This document shows positions 31,355-41,604 of a stretch of DNA of 42,082 nucleotides, in pieces. Below the pieces are notes generated by a model that saw only the letters and a program-made list of their open reading frames with translations, did no database searches and was not told the origin of the DNA. The number at the start of each line of letters is the position of its first letter. Positions within the stretch are counted from its first letter, which is position 1. The position numbers and the translations under genes were made by a program. Source of the DNA: a virus (taxonomy: Duplodnaviria > Caudoviricetes); IMG/VR virus record IMGVR_UViG_3300017766_002156, positions 1-42,082 of that record; one strand, given 5' to 3'.

Positions 31355-32788
31355 ATGGCACAGGCATCACGCGACCAGAACAATGTTCCGACTCTCCTCG
31401 CTGCATCCAGCTCGGATGGTACGACTCCAGTCCGTGTCTACGCGGACCCGACTACGCACCGTCTCCTGGTCTCGATTCCAGGAGGGTCAGGAACAGTTAC
31501 TTCGGTATCAGTTGCGACGGCAAATGGATTCGCAGGTACGGTAACCAACCCGACCACGACTCCAGACATCACCATCTCAACGACAGTTACAGGCATTGTA
31601 AAGGGTAACGGGACGGCAATCTCAGCAGCAGTGGCAAACACTGACTACCAGAGTCCGATTTCTCTAACGACAACGGGAACTTCAGGCGCAGCGACCTTCA
31701 ACGGCACTACGCTCAACATTCCTGTCTATTCAGGCGGTGCTTCAGGCATCACCATCGGCACTACGACGGTTACATCAGGCACGACTACTCGTGTTCTCTA
31801 CGACAACGCAGGCGTAGTAGGCGAGTACGTCATCACAGGTACGGGCAACGTAGTAATGTCCAACACCCCAACGCTCGTAAGCCCTATTCTCGGTACGCCG
31901 ACTTCAGGAACGCTTACGAACACGACTGGATTCCCAGTTGCTCAGCTTGCAGGCGCGGGTACGGGTGTTCTCACCGCTCTTGCCATCAACGTAGGCTCAG
32001 CAGGTGCTGTGGTGCTCTTCAACGGCGCTCTAGGCACTCCTTCATCAGGTACGCTGACAAACTGCACAGGACTCCCTGTAGGCTCGATTACGGGTCTTGG
32101 AACTGGCGTGGCGACAGCTCTGGCAATCAACGTCGGTTCAGCTGGTGCGTTCGTCACATTCAACGGTGCGCTCGGAACACCTTCATCAGGAACGGTCACA
32201 AACCTCACTGGTACGGCATCCATCAACATCAACGGAACGGTTGGTGCAACCACGCCTACGACGGGTGTGTTCACTACGCTCGTTGCTGGCTCAACCACGT
32301 CACTCCTTCTCGGTACAGCAGGTTCAGCGGTGGGTAACATCGGCTTCCGCAACGCGACTTCAGGAACCATTACGCTCGCTCCTGTAACGGGTGCGCTGGG
32401 TACAGTGACTCTGACGCTCCCTGCGGTCACTGACACGGTGCAGGCAATTGCAGCCACTCAGACGGTCACAAACAAGCGTAACCAGCCTCGCACAGCGTCT
32501 TCTACGACCTCATCGAACCTATCGCCTGACCTCTCGACTGCGAACGTCTACTACCGCACTACGCAGACCGCTACACTCACTATCGACGCTCCTACGGGAA
32601 CTCCTGTCATCGGTGAAGTAATTGCAATCTACGTTGACTCAGCGGGCGCACAGACTCTCACCATCAACTCTACTTACAAGGTGTTCGGGGCTGCTTTCCC
32701 AGCGACCACGACAGCGGGTAAGACGTTCATGATGATTGCTCAGTACAACGGCACTGATTGGAAGACCACCTGGGCTAACGCTGTATAA
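31355..32788 (+). CDS. Tail fibre-like protein
   Basis: T/G-rich; GTVTSVSV motif; internal 47-aa tandem repeat (about 31958-32212). Confidence 0.8.
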   Translation: MAQASRDQNNVPTLLAASSSDGTTPVRVYADPTTHRLLVSIPGGSGTVTSVSVATANGFAGTVTNPTTTPDITISTTVTGIVKGNGTAISAAVANTDYQSPISLTTTGTSGAATFNGTTLNIPVYSGGASGITIGTTTVTSGTTTRVLYDNAGVVGEYVITGTGNVVMSNTPTLVSPILGTPTSGTLTNTTGFPVAQLAGAGTGVLTALAINVGSAGAVVLFNGALGTPSSGTLTNCTGLPVGSITGLGTGVATALAINVGSAGAFVTFNGALGTPSSGTVTNLTGTASININGTVGATTPTTGVFTTLVAGSTTSLLLGTAGSAVGNIGFRNATSGTITLAPVTGALGTVTLTLPAVTDTVQAIAATQTVTNKRNQPRTASSTTSSNLSPDLSTANVYYRTTQTATLTIDAPTGTPVIGEVIAIYVDSAGAQTLTINSTYKVFGAAFPATTTAGKTFMMIAQYNGTDWKTTWANAV

Positions 32789-32794
32789 AATCTT

Positions 32795-33514
32795 ATGGCA
32801 CTTACCAACTCACTCGTACTCGCAGCAGCATCAAGCCAGTACGCTACTGCTGCTGACAGCGCCACCCTCTCCATCACTGGCAACTTTGCCATGGAGTGCT
32901 GGGTTAAGTTCACTACCCTGCCAGGCAGTGGTGTCGACTGGTGTCTCGGTGGTAAGTGGAACAACGATGCTAACCAGCGTGAGTATCGTTGGGGCCTACG
33001 CAATTCTGGTGGAACAATCACCATTGGCGTTATTACGTCTACGAACGGCTCTTCCTTTACCGAGAATTACGTGACTTGGGCGGGCGCAGCTACGGGAACG
33101 TGGTTCCACCTAGCGGTGTCCAAGAACAGCACTACTGCTACGGTGTACGTGAATGGTTCCAGCATCGGAACAGCAACAGTCGACTCATCTCAGTTCAACG
33201 GCACTTCACTCTTCGGTGTGGGTGCGCTCGTTAACAGCTCGCCAACACAGTTCGTGGACGGTAAGTTTGCCCTCTATCGCGTGTGGAGCACTACACGCAC
33301 TGCCAGCGACTTCTCAAATAACTGGTGCGTGGCTCTAGGAAGCACGACAAACCTATCAGCAGAGTGGGTGCTCAACAACGTATACACAGACAACTCTGGT
33401 AACGGGAACACATTGACGGGAGTTAACTCTCCGACATTCGGTACGGATGTGCCGAGTGTCTGTGCAGCACCCGCAGTAACGTCTATTCCAGACGCACGTA
33501 TCTTCTTCATCTAG
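32795..33514 (+). CDS. LamG/concanavalin A-like lectin domain protein
   Basis: FAMECWVK, TWFHLAV, VYVNG, DGKFALYRVW and DNSGNGN motifs. Confidence 0.88.
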   Translation: MALTNSLVLAAASSQYATAADSATLSITGNFAMECWVKFTTLPGSGVDWCLGGKWNNDANQREYRWGLRNSGGTITIGVITSTNGSSFTENYVTWAGAATGTWFHLAVSKNSTTATVYVNGSSIGTATVDSSQFNGTSLFGVGALVNSSPTQFVDGKFALYRVWSTTRTASDFSNNWCVALGSTTNLSAEWVLNNVYTDNSGNGNTLTGVNSPTFGTDVPSVCAAPAVTSIPDARIFFI

Positions 33515-33516
33515 CT

Positions 33517-33789
33517 ATGAAACCACTTAACTTTGCCGATGCCTTCAAGACACTTTGGCCAGTCTTCCTCATCGTAGTGAGCCTGGTTGCTCAGTGGACG
33601 CTGCTTGGTCAGCGTGTTGAAACGTTGGAGCAGCGTGTAAACAACCAGGAGGCGACACTTACCGAACTGCGCGGTCAGGTGACTGAAGGCCAGAAGGATG
33701 TCGCTGCCCTCACTGAGAAGGTGGACGGCATCAAGGATAGCGTCGACTACATCCGTAATCGCATTGACCGTGCGCTTACGAACAACTAG
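33517..33789 (+). CDS. Membrane-anchored coiled-coil protein
   Basis: N-terminal TM followed by heptad repeats. Confidence 0.75.
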   Translation: MKPLNFADAFKTLWPVFLIVVSLVAQWTLLGQRVETLEQRVNNQEATLTELRGQVTEGQKDVAALTEKVDGIKDSVDYIRNRIDRALTNN

Positions 33790-33791
33790 AT

Positions 33792-35612
33792 ATGAGTTAC
33801 CACATTGAAGGAAAGGACATCGTAATCAACGGCTTCGAGAAGGGAATCTCCGACTCGGTGTATTCGGGTGTGGGCGACATGCGTAACATGGAAATCGTCG
33901 GATACCCTGGTGAGGCATCCGTGACGCTTGGTACTGCTCAGGTGACGAAGCCAGCCGTATATAACGCAGTTGCCTTTACTTCAACTGCGTCCACTGACCG
34001 TCTGACCGTTGCTTCAATGTCTGGTATCTACGCGGGGACTGCCATCGTTCTTAACACCAGCTCTTCTACGGGACTCTCAACTGGAACGGTGTACTACATC
34101 CAGAACATCGTGGGCCTGACCTTCCAGGTCTCTATTGGTCCCGCTTCTACCACGCCAGTGAACTTTTCAACTGATGGCTCAGGAACCCTGACCACTTACC
34201 AGTTCTCAGGAAGCTCCCCTATCGCTTACTACGCCGACAATACAGGCGGTCTCGCAGGCATCAACTCAGTCTTCATGACTGACAGCGAGGCCAAGTTGTG
34301 GGTGTTCATGAACCAGGTCATCACTGACGTGCCTGCAAACTCACTCATCTTCATGGGTAACATCGGTGGAGTTGCTGCTTCTGGCATCAAGACCATCACA
34401 GGCATCAACATCTGGAATGGCTACCTATTCCTCTTCGGAATCGTCACTGTGGGAACTGACGTGGCTGATGTGGGAGACCTCCTCTTCACTCCTGCTGCTG
34501 CCTGGGATTACACCTGGCAGAACCTCAGCACCCGCAGCTCAAACGGCGTTATCAACTCACTTGTATCGAGTGAGGACGGCAACCTGTACTGGATTTCATC
34601 TGATGGTCTTGGCTCTCTTATCGAGACTCCAGGTGACTCGTTCGACCCTGGTGACTCTGCAAGCTACTCACTCGCAAACGGCGACGCGCTGCTTCTTCCT
34701 GAAGAAGACAGTGCAAACTGCATCGCTGAGCTTGGCAGCAACCTGCTCATTGGAGCGCAGAAGAACTTTGTTTACGTGTGGAACAAGATTGACGCTGGCT
34801 TCAGCGGTCTCTTGAACATCCCTGATTACTACACTTCATTCATCGTTGCAGCTAGCAACAACGCCTACGTGTTTGCTGGAACCCGTGGCCGTATCTACAT
34901 CACCAACGGCTCAGGCATCGACCTATACAAGAAGATTCCTGACTACGTGACAGGACTCTTGAACCCGTTCTTCCAGTGGAATGACGCGAACTTCGGACGC
35001 AACCAGCTCTACTTTGCCTTCTCAGTGCGTAACTCAGCAGGAACACTTCAGGACCTATGCTCAGGCGCGTGGGCTATTGACCTTGAGAGCGACGCACTAC
35101 GCATGCTCAACAAGACATCGGATGCTGCATACGCAGGCACGGTCCGTATGGTGACTCCACGCCCAGGAAATAACACCAGTTCGCCTGTCTCAGGTATTTT
35201 GGGTAACAGCATCGCAATCGCTTACTACAACAGCACGGCTTCCTACATCGACTACTCGACATCTACCCCTTACACAAACTACGAGAGCTTCCTGCATACG
35301 GAGATGATTCCAGTAGGAACCATTCTCGACCCATTTACCCCTTCTCAGATTGAGTGGAAGACCTCTGCACCATTGGTAGCAGGGGAGGGTGTACGTGTTT
35401 CATACCGCACAAACATCTCAGCTAACTTCACCCAGATTGGTGAGACCACCACCGCTGGGGTGCTTTCAGACCTTTACCAGACGAACTTCGAGAAGGTGCA
35501 GTGGGTTCAGTTCCTAGTGGAAACCAAGTCAACGGCATCCACACCGAGCTACGCACGCCTCACTGAGATGCGCGTCCGCGACTGGCCGTCAGGAGTAAAT
35601 AACAAGAACTAA
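33792..35612 (+). CDS. Probable tail hub/nozzle protein
   Basis: 606 aa, beta-rich, podovirus-like synteny. Confidence 0.6.
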   Translation: MSYHIEGKDIVINGFEKGISDSVYSGVGDMRNMEIVGYPGEASVTLGTAQVTKPAVYNAVAFTSTASTDRLTVASMSGIYAGTAIVLNTSSSTGLSTGTVYYIQNIVGLTFQVSIGPASTTPVNFSTDGSGTLTTYQFSGSSPIAYYADNTGGLAGINSVFMTDSEAKLWVFMNQVITDVPANSLIFMGNIGGVAASGIKTITGINIWNGYLFLFGIVTVGTDVADVGDLLFTPAAAWDYTWQNLSTRSSNGVINSLVSSEDGNLYWISSDGLGSLIETPGDSFDPGDSASYSLANGDALLLPEEDSANCIAELGSNLLIGAQKNFVYVWNKIDAGFSGLLNIPDYYTSFIVAASNNAYVFAGTRGRIYITNGSGIDLYKKIPDYVTGLLNPFFQWNDANFGRNQLYFAFSVRNSAGTLQDLCSGAWAIDLESDALRMLNKTSDAAYAGTVRMVTPRPGNNTSSPVSGILGNSIAIAYYNSTASYIDYSTSTPYTNYESFLHTEMIPVGTILDPFTPSQIEWKTSAPLVAGEGVRVSYRTNISANFTQIGETTTAGVLSDLYQTNFEKVQWVQFLVETKSTASTPSYARLTEMRVRDWPSGVNNKN

Positions 35613-35613
35613 T

Positions 35614-36288
35614 ATGGCTACGAAACTAGAACAGTACGCAGACATCCAGGCCCTTGTTCGCAAGGAGATTGAGACGATGTTCCCGCAGCTTTACAGCCAG
35701 CAGGCGACCAAGTACGGCGTGGCCAAGGTTCCGCTCCACGTTCACAACGGCTTCGATGCTCCACAGATTAAGGCATCTGACGTTATCGCTTCACAAGCAG
35801 CTTCAGGCTCCATCACCATGTCGACCACGGGCCAGCGCTACCAGATTGGTCTCAACGTAAAGCCAGGCTCCCCATTTGCTCCTTCCATCATTCGTTTCAA
35901 CGGCATCGCAGTTCACTCAAGCACTTCACCAGCAATCACTCCTGACATCCGTGCGCTTGTGGTCGGAGATGCCTTCATCGGACCATCGTTCTACCTTCAG
36001 CCTCTCACTACCAGCTCAGTGACTGTCGGTGGTCCTCCTCAGGTCTGCGTGCAGTCATCGTCATACATCTGCGTGAACAACTCAGGTGCAGGACCCGCAA
36101 CGCAGGCATCGGTGAGCGAGGGTCATATTGTCAGCGTGACCTTCAACGGCAACATCGTTGCACGTGCAACGATTCCCGACCTCGATGACTTTGGTGCGAA
36201 CGACAATCCACTGAAGGACGGAAACATCCTGGTGGATGTGACGCTCGCCACCAACTGGCACATTATCGGCAACTTCCTAATCATGTAA
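35614..36288 (+). CDS. Tail-associated protein
   Basis: HVHNGFDA motif; position in the tail module. Confidence 0.6.
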   Translation: MATKLEQYADIQALVRKEIETMFPQLYSQQATKYGVAKVPLHVHNGFDAPQIKASDVIASQAASGSITMSTTGQRYQIGLNVKPGSPFAPSIIRFNGIAVHSSTSPAITPDIRALVVGDAFIGPSFYLQPLTTSSVTVGGPPQVCVQSSSYICVNNSGAGPATQASVSEGHIVSVTFNGNIVARATIPDLDDFGANDNPLKDGNILVDVTLATNWHIIGNFLIM

Positions 36289-36290
36289 CC

Positions 36291-37409
36291 ATGAAGTCCT
36301 ACACCACACTTACCAACCTGTTCACGGACCTATCGAACAACACCGCGTCGACAAACGTGACGCGTGGCGCTGCGCTCATCAACGACCAGTACCGCTACCT
36401 CATCCAGAAGTATTTCAACAACGAGCGCTCATCAACGACCACTACCATCGGTGGCATGAGTCTGACGTTCACTGTTGCTCCTATCGCAGGAGCGACTTCT
36501 GGAACGCTCACAAGCGCTTGGACGTACCCAACCTGCAAGCAGCTCATCACCTTCTCTGACGGCGAGCAGTACCAGGCCCAGTTCACACAGGGGTCCGCGA
36601 GTGTCACGTGGAGCACTCCTCTTCAGGAGGCCGTGGATGCCGATTTCAGCTCTGTTGGTGTGCAGAGCTACAGCATCCCTGCCAACGTGTCGAAGGTGAA
36701 GAACGTGACCATCAACGTAGGACAGTTGAAGTACCAGCCAGTGCCAATCATGACGCGTCAGGAGTGGGATAATGTGAACTTCCTTCCGTACACTTCGGAC
36801 ATTCCGAACTACTTCTACATCTACGGAAACAACATTGAGATTTGGCCGATTCCATCCACTACGGGCAACGTCATCACGACCAACTACCAGACCCGCGTTT
36901 CGGACCTCAGCGTTGCTGACTACTCAACAGGAACCCTCGCAGCGGGCGGTATGGTCGCAGGCAGCGTAACGGTTACAGGTCTCGCATCAGCGTGGGCGGG
37001 TGGGACCTTCCCTGTCGGAGTCGACATCAGCTACTACAACCTCAAGATTAAGGCGAATATCCCTTACGGAGACGGCATCTGGTATCCGATTCGCATGTTC
37101 AACAGCAACACCTCCCTCACCCTGGACGTGCCTGTCATCAACGCTCCGAACATCACCGCAGCAACTACCTACACCATCGGGCAGTTCCCGCTGCTCGATG
37201 AGGACTTCCACGACATGCTCGTATACGGGGCGCTCAAGACGTACTACAGCTCCCAGGTAAAGGATACGGACCGCTTCAAGGAGTACAGCGGTCTCTACGA
37301 TGACCGCTTGCAGCTCCTGGAGGCATACGCTGGCACGAAGAGTGTCAACGTGGACCTTGGCGACCAGCCACAGGCGGTTAATCCCAACCTGTTCCTGTAC
37401 GCAAGCTAA
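36291..37409 (+). CDS. Probable head-tail adaptor with beta-rich insertions
   Basis: PNYFYIYGNNIEIWPIP and FHDMLVYGAL motifs. Confidence 0.7.
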   Translation: MKSYTTLTNLFTDLSNNTASTNVTRGAALINDQYRYLIQKYFNNERSSTTTTIGGMSLTFTVAPIAGATSGTLTSAWTYPTCKQLITFSDGEQYQAQFTQGSASVTWSTPLQEAVDADFSSVGVQSYSIPANVSKVKNVTINVGQLKYQPVPIMTRQEWDNVNFLPYTSDIPNYFYIYGNNIEIWPIPSTTGNVITTNYQTRVSDLSVADYSTGTLAAGGMVAGSVTVTGLASAWAGGTFPVGVDISYYNLKIKANIPYGDGIWYPIRMFNSNTSLTLDVPVINAPNITAATTYTIGQFPLLDEDFHDMLVYGALKTYYSSQVKDTDRFKEYSGLYDDRLQLLEAYAGTKSVNVDLGDQPQAVNPNLFLYAS

Positions 37410-37433
37410 TTAGTAGACGATAATTTATTCACC

Positions 37434-39029
37434 ATGGCTCTCTCTTACTCAAACACAGCACCTGCTTCAAGCGCTCTGAGTGGCTTGATGTCGGGCCTCT
37501 CACCTTCGGCGCTCGCAAACGCTAAGGCTAAGGGCATCGGCAGCAACCTCTCTATCGGTTCCACGGGAAACGTCGTGGCATCGAAGTCACAGCCGACCAA
37601 GACCACAACGTCTTCGTCAGTAACTTCTTCGCCCGCTCTACAGACCACACCTAAGGCTCAGTCCAACACCTCAACTGCTGGAACCGCCTCAGCAGGGTCC
37701 TACCGTGGAGTGAACATCAACCCTGGTTCGGATGCCGATGTCATGGCCCAGATTAAGGCCATCGACGCTCAGCAGTCCGCACCTTCCGTGAATCTCACTA
37801 CCCCTACGTCGTCTATGGGGTCTTCGAGCACGTCCTCATCATCGTCCTCAAGCAGCAAGAGCAAGAAGAGCACTGAGCCTGTTCTTCCTTCCTTCAGCGG
37901 TATCGTTGGAGACCTTGCGGGCATCGCTAAGAACGGTTCTCCAGCGGTCCAGGCTGCTAACGAGGCCCTGGTGAAGTTCAACATGAGCAACGCGGACACT
38001 ACGAAGGACATCTACAGCTCTCCTACCTCAGCCCGTGTCATGCAGGGTCGTAACGCGCAGGTACAGCTCGCTAACGCTGCAAAGCAGGCAGCTCTCGCAT
38101 CAGGTGTTACGAACGCTCTCACAGGCCAGGGACAGCAGATTACGGGCCTTGGAACGGCTGCTGGATACGCTCAGCCTACCCAGATTTCTCCTGGAAACGT
38201 TCTTACGAACCCTCTCACGGGTGAGGCAATCGCTTCAGCTCCTGCTCTCGGCCAGTACGGTCAGACTTACTACGACCCTATGAATCCAGGTTCGGCGGGT
38301 GCAGGTGCTTCGGCGCTCACAAGCGGATGGGCTGACTACCTTGCTGGCGGTGGAGACCCTTCCCAGGTTCCTGCAACGGTCTCAGGCAACGCAGTCCTCT
38401 GGCAGCAGACGCTCCAGGCTGCTAAGCAGAAGAACCCAGGATTCGACGTGAACAGCGCCATGGGTGCTGCACAGGCTCGTCAGACCACTGCTGGTCTCAC
38501 TTCAGGTCTTGCAGGTTCTCAGGCGAACACTGAAATCGTCCAGAAGGGCAAGCAGGAGGTTGCGAACATGGAGGCTGCTCTTACAACGGCTGACCAGAAC
38601 GTTCAGAACCTCCTTGGCATCATGCAGCAGTCGGGCATCAACAACTACAACCTTGTTCCGCTCAACAGCATCGCTAACAAGGTGCGTGCGAACCTCTCTG
38701 ACAGCGCCGTACTCCAGTACCAGACGCTCCTTGCAGGTACTCGCGCTCTCCTTACATCGGTGTTCATCTCACGCGGTCTTGCGCCTACAGACGCTGCTGC
38801 ACAGGCTGACCAGACGCTTGCAAAGAGCACAACGGTCCAGGCGCTCTTCGACCAGTACAACGCTGCGAAGAGCGAGGCTGCAAACCTCATCCAGAACAAG
38901 AAGCTCCAGATTCAGCAGGCTGAGCAGTCGCTCAACTCGCAGACTCAGGGTGGTGGTTCAGGTCAGACTACGCAGATTAACGGACGCACTTACCAGAAGG
39001 TTCAGGGCGGTTGGCAGCTAGTCGGATAA
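37434..39029 (+). CDS. Probable internal virion/ejection protein
   Basis: S/A/Q/G-rich; C-terminal YQKVQGGW motif. Confidence 0.65.
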   Translation: MALSYSNTAPASSALSGLMSGLSPSALANAKAKGIGSNLSIGSTGNVVASKSQPTKTTTSSSVTSSPALQTTPKAQSNTSTAGTASAGSYRGVNINPGSDADVMAQIKAIDAQQSAPSVNLTTPTSSMGSSSTSSSSSSSSKSKKSTEPVLPSFSGIVGDLAGIAKNGSPAVQAANEALVKFNMSNADTTKDIYSSPTSARVMQGRNAQVQLANAAKQAALASGVTNALTGQGQQITGLGTAAGYAQPTQISPGNVLTNPLTGEAIASAPALGQYGQTYYDPMNPGSAGAGASALTSGWADYLAGGGDPSQVPATVSGNAVLWQQTLQAAKQKNPGFDVNSAMGAAQARQTTAGLTSGLAGSQANTEIVQKGKQEVANMEAALTTADQNVQNLLGIMQQSGINNYNLVPLNSIANKVRANLSDSAVLQYQTLLAGTRALLTSVFISRGLAPTDAAAQADQTLAKSTTVQALFDQYNAAKSEAANLIQNKKLQIQQAEQSLNSQTQGGGSGQTTQINGRTYQKVQGGWQLVG

Positions 39030-39035
39030 ACGCTT

Positions 39036-41027
39036 ATGGCCACTCTCGCAGTACGCAACAACAATCCAGGAAATCTCCGTGACCCGAAGACGGGGGCTTT
39101 TCGGCAGTTCGCTACGCAGGAGGAAGGCTACGCAGCTCTCTTGAATGACCTCGATGCGAAGCGCACAGGCGCAACTCGCACGGGTCTGAACGGCAACAGC
39201 TCGCTTAGCCAGTTCGCTTCTGTGTACGCGCCCGCAGGCGACAACAACAACCCTGCTCAGTACGCAGGAAACCTAGCCTCAAAGCTCGGTACGAACCCCA
39301 ATGCCCCAATCGGACAGCAGGACATCGGCAAGCTCGCCGTTGCCATCGCTCAGAACGAGGACCCTTCAGCTGCTCAGCACACCGCTGGTAGCGCTCCTGG
39401 GTTCATTTCTGACGCTCAGATGGCTCAGATGCAGGGAGGCGGTACTCCAGCTCCAGCAGGTGGTTCCACGGGAAACGCGCCAGGGTTTATCTCTGACGCT
39501 GACTTCGCATCTATGGGTGGCCAGCAGCCTGCTCCAGCCCCTGCGCCTGCTCCTAACGTGCCTAACGCGGTTGGTACGCCTCCAGGCCAGTTCAACTCCT
39601 ACAGCCTGTCAGGGCGTGAGGAGGAGAAGCCTAAGAACGGAGTCGTAGGATTCCTCGGCAGCGTCGCTAAGGCGATTGCAGAGCCAGTGGTGAACCTTAT
39701 TGCTCGCCCTGGTCAGCTCGTTCAGCACACGCTCGGTGGCGACACGCAGCCTATCGAAGGAAAGTTCCTCGGTCTCGACATCACGGACCCGTACTCACGT
39801 GGCTTCAACGAAGTTGGTAAGGACGTGGGTCGCGGTATCGAAACTGTTTCACTCGGTCTTCCTATCAAGGGTCTCGGCAGTGCAGCAGCTGTCGGCGCTA
39901 CTCAGGGTCTCGGTTCCTCAATCGAGCAGCAGGGTCTCAAGGAGTCGTTCACTACCCCGCAGGGTCTCACAAACACCGCGCTCAACACAGGCGTTGGTGC
40001 TATTGCTGGTGGAGCCACCTACGGCGCTACGAAGGCCATTGGAGGCGCTATTAAGGGCGCAGGTGACCTCATGAGCGGTAAGACCGCTACACAGGCGCGT
40101 GAGGGCATCTACAAGGCATACGAGAGCGCTCTGAACCTCAACGTGAGCGAGCGTGGCTTCGAGAACCGTACAGGTAAGGACCTGGCACGGGTACTCCTCG
40201 ACAACAACGCTCCGCTTGGTCGTTACGACAACGGAACCCTCGATGCGTCGGATGCTATCAAGATTCTCCGCGACAAGCTGAACCCTCTCAACCAGGAGGC
40301 ATCAGACCTGCTCAACAACCCTCAGGGAGTGGTATCGAACATTCACTTTGGTGACGTGTACCAGACTGTGGCAAAGCGCATCAACGAGAGCACGTTCACC
40401 CAGACCCAGAAGAACGCGATGCTCCGTGAAGCTAAGCAGCTCATCGAAGCTGAAGCTAAGCAGTATGGTATTGAAATTACTCCTGCCGTTTCCGACAAGA
40501 TTAAGCAGGGCTTCTGGAACACAACGTTCTCACGCAGCGTCACATCACGCGATGCGCTCACGAGCAACACGAACTACCTCATCGGTAATACGCTCAAGGA
40601 CCTTGAAGAGAAGGCAATCGCTGGCACGGATGCTGGTGACGTTCTCGGTGGAATCAACAAGCAGCGCTCCGACTACATCGACGCAATCAAGCGCCTCTCC
40701 AAGCTGGACGGCGTGAAACTACTCAAGGGTGGTCGCCTCGGTAACATGTGGGGTGGTCTTATTGGCTCAATCGCTGCTGGAGCCACTGGTGGTGGTCCTG
40801 GTGCGGTACTTGCTGGAGACTTCTTCGGCTCAAAGGCAGCTCAGTTCATCAACAACCCTGCGTTCAAGATTGGTGCAGCAAAGGCACGCCAGTCAGTATT
40901 GAATGGTATCCCTGTCAGCCAGACGGCGGGTAAGGGAATGGGAGTCGTTGGTGCTGGACTCAAGAACGCTGCTGGTACTGCTGCTCGCTTTGGTCAGCCC
41001 GCTGCTAACACGTTCCTCGGTCAGTAA
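39036..41027 (+). CDS. Probable ejection protein with N-terminal lysozyme-like domain
   Basis: RNNNPGNL..F..EEG..YAP..NN motif, then an A/G-rich body. Confidence 0.75.
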   Translation: MATLAVRNNNPGNLRDPKTGAFRQFATQEEGYAALLNDLDAKRTGATRTGLNGNSSLSQFASVYAPAGDNNNPAQYAGNLASKLGTNPNAPIGQQDIGKLAVAIAQNEDPSAAQHTAGSAPGFISDAQMAQMQGGGTPAPAGGSTGNAPGFISDADFASMGGQQPAPAPAPAPNVPNAVGTPPGQFNSYSLSGREEEKPKNGVVGFLGSVAKAIAEPVVNLIARPGQLVQHTLGGDTQPIEGKFLGLDITDPYSRGFNEVGKDVGRGIETVSLGLPIKGLGSAAAVGATQGLGSSIEQQGLKESFTTPQGLTNTALNTGVGAIAGGATYGATKAIGGAIKGAGDLMSGKTATQAREGIYKAYESALNLNVSERGFENRTGKDLARVLLDNNAPLGRYDNGTLDASDAIKILRDKLNPLNQEASDLLNNPQGVVSNIHFGDVYQTVAKRINESTFTQTQKNAMLREAKQLIEAEAKQYGIEITPAVSDKIKQGFWNTTFSRSVTSRDALTSNTNYLIGNTLKDLEEKAIAGTDAGDVLGGINKQRSDYIDAIKRLSKLDGVKLLKGGRLGNMWGGLIGSIAAGATGGGPGAVLAGDFFGSKAAQFINNPAFKIGAAKARQSVLNGIPVSQTAGKGMGVVGAGLKNAAGTAARFGQPAANTFLGQ

Positions 41028-41089
41028 AGAATCCTTCGCCTTGTTGGTGAAGAAAAAAGAAAGCCCATCGAGGAGGCCGTCGATGAGCA

Positions 41090-41386
41090 TTACTTCTTTT
41101 TCTGGAACTGCTTGCACTCCTTCTTCACCTTGTTGTTCTTGTCGAACTTAGCGTTGTTAGAACAGGTGACTTCGAGCAGTTCATTAGGGGTTGAGGTGGC
41201 GACTACTGCGGTTGCCTTGGCCTTAGGACCCTCCAGAGCTGAGATGCGAGCTTCCAGAGCACTAATCTGGGCCATCAGCGCATTTACCTGCGACTGTAGG
41301 TCCTTATTGGTTGGTTTGGTGGCTGCGAACGTCATGCTCGGAACGAGCAGGAGCGCTAGAGCCAGGGTTGCTACTGTATATTTCAT
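41090..41386 (-). CDS. Secreted protein with signal peptide and coiled coil
   Basis: MKYTVATLALALLLVPSMTFA|A; own promoter TTGACT-17 nt-TATGTT (41423->41395). Confidence 0.8.
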   Translation of the reverse strand: MKYTVATLALALLLVPSMTFAATKPTNKDLQSQVNALMAQISALEARISALEGPKAKATAVVATSTPNELLEVTCSNNAKFDKNNKVKKECKQFQKKK

Positions 41387-41415
41387 ACGTTCATAACATA
41401 CCCCATTGGGATGTT

Positions 41416-41604
41416 TTAGTCAAGGGGTACATCCGCGTCACTGAGGATAACCTCTCCACGGATTTTCTTGAGAATATCCTTCGCGCAAGCACCACAAATC
41501 TCCCGCTGAGAGGTGATGTTACCTATCACGGGATGCTTGTAGCTGCGCTTCATCAGCACGAGCGCAAACTTCTTACATGCCTGGCATCGGCGGAGCAGCT
41601 TCAT
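41416..41604 (-). CDS. Small CxxC..CxxC protein
   Basis: 62-aa ORF overlapping the groEL 3' end. Confidence 0.6.
   Translation of the reverse strand: MKLLRRCQACKKFALVLMKRSYKHPVIGNITSQREICGACAKDILKKIRGEVILSDADVPLD

Noticed and set aside
31355-33514. Diversity-generating retroelement or invertible tail-fibre cassette
   Set aside because: No reverse transcriptase, invertase or adenine-specific repeat pair was seen; the 47-aa repeat is an ordinary in-frame duplication.
8642-41604. Stop-codon reassignment (code 15 or 25)
   Set aside because: TAG and TGA both end genes cleanly, often in ATGA overlaps, and long genes are uninterrupted in code 11.
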